A stretch of 62,986 nt of DNA, the filler included, from Ministeria vibrans ATCC 50519 (Eukaryota; Protista; Filasterea): the NCBI GenBank assembly GCA_943704425.1. It is 7 parts of 7 records of this genome, joined end to end, with 100 filler letters (N's around TTAATTAATTAA, not from the genome) between each part and the next. Parts side by side here need not be neighbours in the genome. Positions count along the whole stretch, not along the records: positions 19,196 to 26,972 come from CALSCP010000408.1; positions 27,073 to 37,763 come from CALSCP010000502.1; 5 more parts are not named here. One strand, written 5' to 3'. Each line of letters begins with the position of its first letter. Within the stretch, counting starts at the first letter, position 1. The position numbers were made by a program, and so were the translations under genes. This document shows, piece after piece, positions 23,340 through 35,523 of this stretch. Below the pieces are notes generated by a model, which was given only the letters and a program-made list of their open reading frames with translations, was not told the DNA's origin and did no database searches.

Positions 23340-26300
23340 ATGACTGACATTGTTGGCCCTGAGTTGTACGCCTTGTTGGCTTATAAGGCCATTTTCTTTC
23401 ACGTGACGCCTGCATTGCAAGAAGCTGGTGACAGAAAGGTGATGCGTCTTATCGACGAACTTGGATCGACCCCCACAGCCCTCAGGGTTGCCCAACTCCA
23501 CAAAGAGTTTCCCGAGGAGGACCCTACCGAAGGCCCTGGCTTCATGACGACACTATCGCTTGGTGTCGCCCTCAATGTGAAAAAGAAAAAAAAGAAACAC
23601 AAAAAAGTTATCCAATTCGAGACCTTGGGAGAGCACATCGTTCACCTTCAAGAAGCCCCGGCGCGCCTCCTCATGCTCGTAAAAGACTGTCCTCACCGTC
23701 CGAAGAAAGGCAACAAGCTGTCGTACTACGATTTTTCTGCACTTGGCGCACTTTTTGCCTTCACAAAGATTGGAGGCGAGGAGTTTCCTCATGAAGACAT
23801 GAAGAAACTCCTTAAGCTTCGCAGCAAAAACCTGTGTCATCTCAATAGCCCCACGCAGATTGACAAGGACAAGCACGAAGACTTCTTTGATCTCATGGAG
23901 CGTGTAGTCAAAGCCCTGCACCTGCCTAAAGACCGGGAGGATGAACTTGTTGGAGACCTTACCGAACTATCACAACGCCAAGGACTCTCATTCAGCGAAG
24001 CCAAGACCGTCCGTGCACTCACATGTGACCCCAGTGACCTCGATCCCAACTTTGAGGGCCAGTACACCATCACTCTCCCCTGGTACGACGACCAGCAACG
24101 CAAACCCAGTTTCGGCGACATTGTCGGCGAGATGCGCCATTCGCAACCCTTCATCTGTTGCTCGCACAACGTTCAGCACGATAACCCCGCCCAGCCAGTG
24201 TACTTTGTGACAGAAGTCACCGAACGCAAAGATCCAAATGGGCGCCTTTGTACCCACTGCACCTGCCTCGTCTTTGGCTACATCCACCTCCCCGCCAAGC
24301 GCTTCGTCTCAGATGCTGCTGGGCTTCGTATTGGACAACCCGTCAAGCAAGTCGACTCCGAGGTCGATGGCAGCTTCTCTTCCTTTGTTGGCTATGCTTC
24401 CTCCGGCTCCGACTCCGGTCGCGCCTATGCCTGGTACTTTGCCGGCCGCTCCAACCCCAACACTGTCATCCTCCGTGTCACCGCCCCCAACATGCTGCCC
24501 ACCGTGTCATGGGAGCCCTTCGAGCCCATTTCCGAGGACGCTAGAAGCACAGACGAACAAAGTGGTTGCAAGAGCGAGATGCTGAGAGTCGAACTGATGC
24601 TCAACGCACAGGCGGAAGAAGAGCGAGACAAAGAGATTAGGAGCGAGTCCGACACAGACAGTACCAAACCCAAGACATTGCCCGCGCTCGACGATTTCCA
24701 GGATCACTGCTATAAGCAACTGTTTCCAGATTCTTCCGTGCGCGCTCATCTGCTCTATCTGCCCACCGGGGCAGGCAAGACGGTCGTCGCTCTCCACTGC
24801 GCCCACAAAGCCCTTCACCCTACAAAGAAGATTGTTTTCCTGGCCCCGACCAACCAACTCGGTATACATAAAGGATTCCGTTTCACATTATACCTATGCT
24901 TTATTAAACTTGTGTTTTGTTCCAGTGTTCCAGCAGAAGCGTTTCTTCGATGCGCATCTAGAGGCGCGCTCCACCACCATCACCGATTCCAACATGCGTA
25001 AAAGACTCCCCAAGGTCTCATACGACATCTTCTTCGCCACACCCACCTGCTTCCGCGAGACCATTGCGCCCACACTGCCCACTGCCACCACAACGACCAG
25101 CATTACCACCACCACCACCACCACCACTACCACCACCACCACTACTACTACTACAACGACGACGACTACGTCATCTGATTCAGCTGATCCCTCTGTCGAT
25201 CCGGAACCCGCTCTCTCCCTTGACGATGTCTCGCTGATCATTTTTGACGAAGCCCATCACGCACGGAAGGTACAATTATAATGCTCACCCAAAACATAGC
25301 ACACTGTGGCCCACTCAGCTCAATGTCATGTAACGTGACGTTGCTTATGTAGAATGCGGAGTACTGTACCATCATGAGACTGATTCGAGATGCCGATTCC
25401 AACAGTGAGCCTTTGCTGCGTGTGCTCGCCTTGTCTGCCACCCCAACTGCTGATGAGCGGTGGGCTCAGCAGGAGACGTTTGAAGATGGCCTCCATACAC
25501 TCCTGAGCAATCTCGCGGTGCGACCAGCAACTTCAGCCACGTTTGTCTGCCCGTCGTCTGAGTTTCAAGATGAATTGCGAAAGTATGTGATTGACTTGCC
25601 GTGGGCGGAATGGACGTGGAACAGCGACCCGCATGAGAGCAATCTGCACGAGATGCTCAGCAAAGGCCCGACCAAGGATGGCGCGACCAGGATACCGTTG
25701 GGACGCGTTGGGCGTTTGGCGCTCTGTGTGCTCAAAATCCTTGGTGCCCGAGCCGCCGCTGTCTACCTGACAGACTGTCTTCAGCGGGTGGACTATGCGA
25801 AGACGCCGCTTACGCTGGGTCAGGTGGAGCAAGTGAAGCAGGCCCGCATCAAAGGCAAAGAGACCAGTTCACTTGTGGACGCGTTACGGAAGCAACTCGG
25901 CAAGTCCGTTGCCAAGCGTATCCTCGTTTTGACGCAGGAGAAACTCGCGACGCGTCTCCTCGTGTGGGTTCTGCGCCATCAACAGCACGAGTTGTCTACT
26001 GACTTTATCACTGGTCAGTCTGGCGCACCTCACATAAAGGGAATGTCACGCGCAGTCCTGCAAAAGAGACTGGACGAGTTCGAGAAAAGCGGGAAAAGGA
26101 AAATTCTTGTTGCCACGGACGTGGTGGAGGAGGGCCTCGACGTGAGCAGTTGTCAGTTGGTGGTACGCACCGAACCGAGTCAGACGGTGCGCAAATGTGT
26201 GCAGGCGCGCGGTCGCGTGCGTAAGCGAGATGATAAAGAAGCCCAATACGCCGTCTTGACTGCAAGTGACGGAGAGCACGAGAAAGCGGAGAAGAATAAG

Positions 26301-26363
26301 GACGGCAATTTGCGTATCTTCGATTGGCTCTTTGAATACCAAAAAAGACAAGCAAGAGAGTGA
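23340..26363 (+). CDS. RIG-I/Dicer-type SF2 DExD/H helicase with unknown N-terminal region, copy 2
   Basis: Tandem paralog with the same start (MTDIV) and the same two intron positions: LPTGAGKT, IFDEAHH, LALSATP, LVATDVVEEGLDVSSC, VQARGRVR. The N-terminal region is continuous with the helicase in one frame. Confidence 0.85.
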
Positions 26364-26517
26364 AGTGAGAGAGCGAAGAGTAAAATAATGAGTAATTCAC
26401 ATTTCACGATCACTCGATCTGCGATCACTCTCTAGACTCTCTGCACTCTCATCACTTTCTTTTTCTTTCCTCACTAACATCTCCCATATTGATACACGGT
26501 GTTTCCTTTGTTGCCCA

Positions 26518-26807
26518 ATGAGAATCACCGTCCTTGATCGAACTCAAAATGTCTTTCCTGTCGACATTGCACCCACAGCCAAAGTTCGTCCTTTCCCTTC
26601 TCTGACATTCTCAGCCTCCTCTAATTCTACTCCCCTCCTTTATTTTATGTCCAGGTCGACGAACTGAAAACAATGCTCACCAATTTGGTGAGTTGAAGAA
26701 ACTAGAAAACAAAATTAACAAATTCGCTCTAGACAGGCATCCCGGCCGCGTCTCAACAACTCTCACTGTTTGGCGGTTCTGAAATTACCAATAATAATGA
26801 ATTAGAC
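26518..26807 (+). CDS. Ubiquitin-like domain protein, 5' part (truncated by gap)
   Basis: Three phase-0 spliced exons give MRITVLDRTQNVFPVDIAPTAK|VDELKTMLTNL|TGIPAASQQLSLFGG, a typical UBL pattern. Confidence 0.6.
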
Positions 26808-27167
26808 GTATACTACAAATATAATACATTTCCAATATTTATTGGTCAGAAACACGACTATATTTACACAACGACGCGATCGAAGAAGAGCAGGTAAGCC
26901 TCGGAGAGGGACACACGCGCCCACTCGATAGGAGTGATGATTTCGTCAGAGCAGCAAAACCAGTCACCCTTTNNNNNNNNNNNNNNNNNNNNNNNNNNNN
27001 NNNNNNNNNNNNNNNNTTAATTAATTAANNNNNNNNNNNNNNNNNNNNNNNNNNNNNNNNNNNNNNNNNNNNTTGCTCTCTCACTCACTCACTCTCTCTC
27101 ACACTCACTCACACACACACACACTCTCTCTCTCTCTCTCTCAATCACACACACACACACACACACA

Positions 27168-27258
<91 letters not shown>

Positions 27259-27307
27259 CCATATACTCTCCATGCTCTCCTCCTCCTTATAACACCATCT
27301 GGTATAG

Positions 27308-29911
27308 CTTATGGTTCCTGCTTTTCCAATCGCCGACGAGCTGGACGACATTGAAGATTGGGGTCAGGCGCAAATGGCTCAGCCTTGATGTGATCTGCAG
27401 ATTAACATGACTGTGTGTGTTTCCGTAGTTGAAGCAATGACACCGCGGCGTGAGGACGAAGCGCCCCCTATGCTTCCTATGGACGTCGTCCTCTTGTATG
27501 AGGCAGACGAAATCATCGCAGGGGTTGCCATGGAGTACTACTGTGCGTCGCGCATTGGGCTAATTTCATACTTTGTTGTGCGCCCTTCGCATCGTCGCAA
27601 GGGACTGCTACGCGTGCTTGTGGAACGCGGTGTGGTGCGTCTCGATAGCATGGCAATAGATCGTCATGGAGAGCCATGTCGCCTGGTGATTGCCGAGACG
27701 AACAAGTTGGGCGTGTACGATGGGGTGGTGCGCAGTGCCGTGCGCCACCGAGTGTTTCGTAGCGTTGGCTTTGCCATGGTCGACTGCCCCTACCTCCAGC
27801 CTCCACTTGCCACAAGCGGCCGAGGTGCCTGTCACGACGTGGTTTTGTGCGTCTACACCGGCGCACCGCCGCGCGAGCACCTCGCATCCGTGCCCAGTGC
27901 TTGGATTGCATCGTTTCTCGACGAATTCTGCGAGACTGTCTGGGGCACCGACACATCTGCCAAAGGAAACTACCAGCACCTTGACTGGTATATTAATGTG
28001 ATGCGATGGCTCAACGTAAGTTTCCTCCCAAAGACACGCCAAGTGATCATGTTGACAAAACCGTGCATTGCTGTAGAGCACGCCAAGCGTCGAGGTGATT
28101 CGCGACAAGGACGTTCCCTGGGTAACGACAGAGTGTAGCTGCGACAGCGCCACCCACTGTCTCTGTTACGAGACGGTCCTCTCCGCATCTCTTACGCAAT
28201 CTATCACGCGTGTGCCCAGCGCCCCGGCAAATCGCCGTCTCGTGGTAGTGGGTGCAGGCATAGCGGGTCTCGAAGCTGCCCGGTCTCTCGCCCTACGACA
28301 TCCCAGTGCCCATGTTACGCTTTTTGAGGCCAGCTCGACTGTGGGTGGTCGTGTCCGACAGGTATCAGTGACACCCTAATCTACCTATTATTCCTTTTTA
28401 AATAAAATTTCAACTATTTTCTTTTTTTGCAGCTTCTCAACTTCCTACCTGGTGGCGGACATCTTGAACTTGGTGCGGAGTTTATCCACGGACAGCGTTC
28501 TCTGCTGGCTGATCTGGTGCGCGAACAAGGGTGGGTGGTGGATGCAAAGTGGCGTGGAGACGACGAAGCAGAGGAGGAGGAGGAGGGGGAGGAGGAGGAG
28601 GAAGAGAAATGTGATCCATTGCTTCCTGCAAGTGTACCCTTTGGATCATATGTGTACCACACGGGAGTCGAGAGTTGCAGTACGTCGTCCGTGTCTCAAG
28701 CAGCGTATCGCGTGTGGGGTGCATTGGAGGCGCGTGACACTGACGATGCATCTCTGCGTGGCATGTCACTGGCCGAGGCAGTGACTGTATGCCATGCCGC
28801 CCTTGGTGATGAAGCCCCCTCGCCCCTTGCGGCTGTACTTCGTGTGATCGATGCTGAAATGGCACAGTCGCTATGTGCGCCCATAGACCACATTGGATGG
28901 GCAGAGGCAGTGCGTGACTTGCGCGACTATCCTAATGGCTGTGACAACTACGCCCTCAGCGGTTCCTACCGACTTCTCGTGAACTACTACCGCGCTCAGC
29001 TGCGCTCGCTTAACGTCACGGTTTGCACGCGCTCATCGGTTCGCCATGTGGTGTACCACGATGACATTGATGACACAAGCCAACGCGTAGTGCTGCACGT
29101 GAAGAGCTGTGGCGACGATATCGGCAATCACGACAATCACGACGACATTTCCGACGACGCAAATTTGTTTTGCGTGCCGTGCAGTGCATGTGTACTTGCA
29201 ATTCCATTGGGTGTGCTCAAGAGCGGCGATGTGTCGTTTGATCCGCCCCTCTCCGCGCCATTTTACACTGCTCTCGACGCCACAATGATGTGCAGTGGTA
29301 TCAAGGTCACCGCGTGCTTCTCCGAGCCTCTCTGGCGCAACAAAGGGTACTCCGTCGAGTCCATAGTGTTTTGCTGCGACGATCCCGCCGACGAGTCGAC
29401 TCCCTCTTTCTCCCAACTGTGGTTCACGCCAGTCTGGCACGATCGACGTGGTGCCAGCGAGACAACACCCTGCTACTGCGTCGACTGTGGTGGACACGAT
29501 CGGGCAACAGGCGGTGCCGTGACTGCTTTTGCCACGGGAGCGCTCGCTGATCGCCTGATTGAGCTGACACATCATTCTCACGACTGTGCGCCGCTGACAA
29601 CGGATGCCTCCACGCCGCTTGTCGCGCACCTGCTTGCACAACTCGAGCGAGTATTTGACACGACGCGCGTGTACTCTACATTTGTGCGGGCCTACCATGC
29701 GCAATGGACACACGACAGCCCCGCGAGCGTCCGCGGTGCCTACAGCGCCCCCGCGACCACCGCTACCGTCGAGACCCGCGCCCAACTCCTCGCACCCGAC
29801 GCACCTGCGTATGTTCAATTTGCAGGCGAACACACCCAATTGTTTGCGGCCAGTGTCCACGCCGCCATGGAGAGCGGTCGGTCCGCCGCTGAGCGAATGG
29901 TTGTTTTGTAG
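27308..29911 (+). CDS. GNAT acetyltransferase + FAD-dependent amine oxidase fusion (5' end probably lost in gap)
   Basis: The GNAT motif A exon (ISYFVVRPSHRRKGL) splices in frame via 28016-28076 to LVVVGAGIAGLEAA...FEASSTVGGRV, then via 28362-28432 to LELGAEFIHG...IPLGVLK...FAGEHT...SVHAAMESGRSAA. Confidence 0.75.
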
Positions 29912-30014
29912 AATTTATCGTCGATGGTTTCAAATTTAATAAAGGTGTAGTTTATCTTGGTTGGTTCAAATTTAAATCTTGTGCATTTCGTAATAAGAGT
30001 GTTTAGATAAAGGC

Positions 30015-31935
30015 TCAGTCACCCTTCCATTTTGCGGCTTCGGTCAGACGATTCAGCTTGAGCATCTCAACGAGACCCGCTCGCTTGGAGTACCACAGAT
30101 GAGAGCGACCTTTGGTGTCGATACGCGCAAAGTACGTCACCTGAGCAACACAGAGAGAACAGTCAGAGGAATGGAGAGAGAGGAGAAAGAAACAAAGTGA
30201 TAGAGAGGAGAAAGAAACAAAGTGATAGAGAAAGAAAGAAACAAAGTGATAGAGAGAGAAAGAAACAAAGTGAGAAAGAGAGAAAGAAACAAAGTGATAG
30301 AGAGACAGGATGTGCCGCTCAAAATACATTGGTTAAAAAGATACAAAAAATTTAACAAAAAAACAAAAAACAGTACAGTACCTTGGACTTTTTGGAGCCG
30401 TCTGGTTCGACAATGAAGACTGAGTTGAGAGCGTGTGCAGTGCGAGAAGAGGCAGGTGCAGGTACGCCAGGGAAGTCGACTGAGTGGGAGGCCATGTACC
30501 AGCGAGGGGACTTGCCACCCTCAGTGCGGTAGGAGCGGAAGACCACAAAATGTCGTGCACGCACAGCGGGAAGGTAGCCACGCCAGCAGTATTGGTACAC
30601 ATCCGCGTCTTGGCTTAGCTCCTCAACGACCTTGTCTGAGCCAGGCACACAGTGTTGGTCCCATAGAATCCTATTTAAAAAGTAAGTTGCTCTCTTCGGT
30701 TGCTGTCGTTGTTGCTGTTGTTGTGATACCGTCTGTCGCGAATGGCCACAATGGTTTCGTCGTACGTAGCCATCACAGTCGTTGATGCACGCCACATGTA
30801 GATAGGATCTGAGTCAGACATGCGCTTGTACGACGCCTTGATGCCCTTGCGTGCGGTAAACGAGCTCCATTCCTGCAGATGTAAGAAATTGAAACACAAT
30901 ACAATACAATCATGCCTCAGCTCCACACCACGCAAACAGAAAATAATAACTCAAACCCATACAACTAACTATGCATACCTTGGCCTTGTCAATGGTCGCA
31001 GTGAGAGCATCCTCAAAGCCAAGACGGGCGCGTTGGTGATGGTCAGCAAGATTGCCGGTAACGAGCACAAGTGGACTGAAAGGCATTCCGTCCGAGCTGG
31101 TACCTTCGCCCGACAGGTCTGTTCCACCAATGCCCACAAATGTCGCCGAGGTGAACATATTGTTGGGAATCTACGCAATGGATAACAACAACAGCAACAA
31201 CAACAACAATAACAACAACACCAACAAAAATGGTTTAATCGAGATGACGTGATCTATTCTATCCGTCGTTGCGTACGGAAAACAACTCGCCATGGCGTTG
31301 AATCATCACTTCAAGGAGCTGCTGCATTGACTTTTGAGCGTCCATCAAGCCCATCGAGTCTTCTTTAGTCTTGCCCTCAAACGCCTAAAGAATGACGAGC
31401 AACAACAACAATGACAACAACAACAAATGACAAAACGACAGATGAGTGGCAGTGAAATAAGAAAAAAAGAAAAGAAACAAAAAAAAACTAGTATTGAATG
31501 GACCTTGTAGCAGAAGAGGTTGGGAGCAAAGACAACGGCGAGGTTCTTCGGGTTCATTTGGTTGCCGCGGCTGTTGGTGCTGTCACCGCTGGCAGACGAG
31601 ATGTGGAAGAGGGTGTCGAGGAGAATGGCAAGGACTTCACGGGACTCATCAGGGAGTAGTATACACGTCAGTCGCAGAGCGTCGAACTGACTTTTCGCGT
31701 GAGAGATTTCTATACAATATCTCGTATGAGAAAACACATGATTGTAGCGGACGCAATTTCAACAGATGATCGTACTTGCAATAGCATAAAAGGTGTCGGA
31801 GAGCTTTGTGGTGAGAAGAGGTTCGGGGAGCTCGCGGAAGAACTGCTTGACAATGTCAGCAACATCGTGAGGCGAAAAGTCGGAGAGATTAGGCGGTTTG
31901 TGGGTGGTCATGGTGTCTTCAAAAATGGTCTATGC

Positions 31936-31968
<33 letters not shown>

Positions 31969-33860
31969 GAATGAATATGCAAGTGAGTCTATATACATGT
32001 CTTGAGTACTCTGAGCTTTTTTATGCGTGAGGTGGAGCCGGCCTTTCTAAAGATGCCTTCGAGGTAGATGCCCTCTTTCTTAAGGTACTCGAGGGAGTTG
32101 TAGATGACTAGGGGCATGGGAAAGCCTGTCTGGAGGTGCAGGTCGCGCAGTGTGGTTCCAAAGAGCGGATGGTCCACCCCGTCGTCTGTTGCTCTGCGTT
32201 TCAGTCGAAGGAAGCTGAAAAAAAAACAAAAAAAACAAGTCAAAGCATTGTGAGAAAAGAAAAGAATCAGCCTGTCCGTATTGCAGTAGGTGAGAAATAA
32301 AGTTGAGTCGGTTTACCTGACGATACTTCGCCGCCGCTTCTTGTGGTCAGCCGGAGCCCCAATACTGTCGACGTGTGTTTCGAGTAGCCCTATTTCATTT
32401 TTATATAATGTAAGTGAGTCTAGCCACATGAAAATTGGTGTACCTGTGAGTTCGACAAGAGAGAGACGCTGGACAATGACCATTTCGCGACAGGAGAGCA
32501 TGTCAATGGGTTTGTCGACTTCCGCGCCGCCAAAGCGCACTGTTGCCTGTCGATGTTGTTCCCACTTGAGAGTGTTTGCGCGCTGCACTGCCTTGTAGTC
32601 ACCACGAATAGACCTTTGCCACTGACGCGAGTCACCCTCAAACTGCCAATGATTGCTAAGTGCAATTTCACCCTGAAAAAAAAAGAGACAAAAAGTTGTG
32701 CGTGTGTGAGCGTGTGTGAGATGGAGTACTATTATAAATAAAAATGTGTGACACTATATGTTTAGCTTACGCCAATGCTGCTGACTTCACTGCGTTGAGA
32801 CGGATTTCGGGAGGGAGGTTCGCGATTGCTCTTTTTGCGCGAGACCTTCTTAGAGGACGACGAGGGGGAGCTGCTGTCATCGTCGTCCTGGTTCTCTTCC
32901 TCAAAGGCACCCGTCACAATGGAGTCCACCGTCTCCGTGGTCTCCTCTTCCTTTTCGAGAATGGGATCGACGACGGGTGTCGGCGTGGGTGCTGCACTCT
33001 TTGCCGACGCTCGCTTCTCGGCGGCCAGTTGCAAGACACGCATCCGCTTCTTGATAATGGCGACTTGGCCCTCGCTCAGAAACGGGTGGTCGAGAATAAT
33101 CTGTGATGGATCCAAGGGAATGTTGGCTGCGAGCGCGGCAAACGAAAGAATTAGCGAGAGAGAGAGAGAGAGTGAGAGAGAAGACAAGACGTATAAAAAG
33201 AGTCGGTATGAGCGCGCGCGCAAACGAAAACAATGGGGAAAAAACGGCCATAGACGCGACGTATAAGGAAGCGCTCCGCAGCAAGCGCACGTGTAGAAAG
33301 ATGCCCTTCGACCGGCGGGCGGAGGGATGGTAAGAGACAGGGCGCACTGCTGTTTTCTCTATCTCCTTTTTTTCCTTTGGTTTTTTTTTGTCGGTCTTTT
33401 TTGAAATGTCTCTGTCGTAGTAGCTGTTGGAGAGGGTGTTCAAAGCAGACACTCACCGTAAAACATCTGAGAGTACTGTGGAAACCCCGCCTGGTGAAGC
33501 CACACGATGGCGTCTTGAATGGCGTCTCCTACACCCCAAAGAAACCAAAAAAAAAATCAGCAAAACCGCTCCCGCCCCACACTCCCCTTTCGCCTTCACT
33601 GCGTACTGGTGTCTCCATCGAGGCCATCCATGGCGCATGGGTCGGTCATACGGGGCTCTGTGTGTTCGCTTCTCGTCCCCTGGCTGTTCTCTTTGAACTG
33701 CGGTGGTCAGCGATCAAAGAAAAAAATCTGAATATTGATCTCGTTTTTCTCTTTGTGTGTATGTGTGTGTGTGTGTGTCGGTATTGGCTCTCAAGTAAAG
33801 CAGTAGTAGGTAAACGTACGGTTGTGGGGAATGCCGTCGGTTGGGGACTTGGGGTGCGCT
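30015..33860 (-). CDS. SAM-RhoGAP-START protein, DLC1/STARD13/STARD8-like (start codon not located)
   Basis: SAM-like WLHQAGFPQYSQMF...IILDHPFL; IVQRLSLVELT; RhoGAP LFG...LEGIFRKAGS...DVADIVKQFFRELPEPL...NQMNPKNLAVVFAPNLF; START WSSFT...PIYMWRAST...RHFVVFRSY...VTYFARIDTKGRSHLWY. Confidence 0.8.
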
Positions 33861-35523
33861 GAGAGGACAAAAGCGAAAGAAAAAGCAAAAATATAATAAT
33901 AATAATTATTATTATTATTATTTTAATTATTCTAGACTTTAGTGTTAACTAATCAGTTTTAAGAATTAAGACGTATAAACTATAAGGTATTAACTGTTAA
34001 GTTGTCTGTTATTAGTGTGATAGTGTCTATTTAGTTATAACTTGTAAGGGGTTTTGGTTGATCGCGTTAAACGCCTTTTGTTAAATCTTATTGTCTTGAC
34101 TTTCTTGAATATTCATATTTTTGTACAATATTCATATTGGAATGCCTTCTTCTTCTTCGATAATCAATAACCAATGCCTTTATTGCATTACACAACTCCG
34201 GAGTGCGTAATCCATTATAATATATAATAAATATATATCCGCATCTCAATATTTACAAAACCCACAAGACCGCCACTCTCACTGTTGATCTGCCAGCCAA
34301 ACGATCCGCTTGCTAGGGATTTTCCTAACACTGAACAGTGAGAACTGAACACTCTGCATCACTTTTAAGTCTTCAACGCCCAAAGGGGGGGGGGGGGGGG
34401 GGGGGTAGAGGAAAAGACAATCGTGATCAGTTGAAGAAACAGACAGAGGGACGTTGTCCAGTGCGGCATGCGATCGCCAACTCCGTCTCTCGTCCATCTA
34501 TTACTAGTGATTTGCAGCTCCAATGCTACACTCTGAGCCCTCTAAATTGTGTGAAATGAAAACAATTCTTGGGGTCTTCACTGCTTATTTATTGACTTTC
34601 ATCTCAGTTCTCTAAGACTCTAACTTTTTTTTTTCTCTCTACACCAACGGGCCAAAACCCCTTCCGGTTGTCCTTCGTTTCCAGATTTGGTTGCGTCTAG
34701 CGGTTGCTGTCGAATTCTTCGCCCGTTTTTTTTTTTTGGTCCGTTTTGCTTTTTCGTGTGTCGGTGACGTCGCCAAAAAGGTACGCCGCACTGCCGCCAA
34801 GGGGCGAGGCGCCGCCGCTTCGCACGCGCACCCTCCCGTGGGCATCCCCCGCCCTGCTCCCCTCCTCTCCCGTCGCCCGTCTTGCCCTCCCTTGCCATCC
34901 CCTCCTTTTTTTTTTNNNNNNNNNNNNNNNNNNNNNNNNNNNNNNNNNNNNNNNNNNNNNNNNNNNNNNNNNNNNNNNNNNNNNNNNNNNNNNNNNNNNN
35001 NNNNNNNNNNNNNNNNNNNNNNNNNNNNNNNNNNNNNNNNNNNNNNNNNNNNNNNNNNNNNNNNNNNNNNNNNNNNNNNNNNNNNNNNNNNNNNNNNNNN
35101 NNNNNNNNNNNNNNNNNNNNNNNNNNNNNNNNNNNNNNNNNNNNNNNNNNNNNNNNNNNNNNNNNNNNNNNNNNNNNNNNNNNNNNNNNNNNNNNNNNNN
35201 NNNNNNNNNNNNNNNNNNNNNNNNNNNNNNNNNNNNNNNNNNNNNNNNNNNNNNNNNNNNNNNNNNNNNNNNNNNNNNNNNNNNNNNNNNNNNNNNNNNN
35301 NNNNNNNNNNNNNNNNNNNNNNNNNNNNNNNNNNNNNNNNNNNNNNNNNNNNNNNNNNNNNNNNNNNNNNNNNNNNNNNNNNNNNNNNNNNNNNNNNNNN
35401 NNNNNNNNNNNNNNNNNNCTTTTTTTTTTTTTTTCTTCCTGTTTCTTCACTTCTCTCCACTGTAATCGCGACTGACCCTATCTGCTTCTTCTTTCTCTCT
35501 TTCTCTCTATTACGCAGTTCAGC

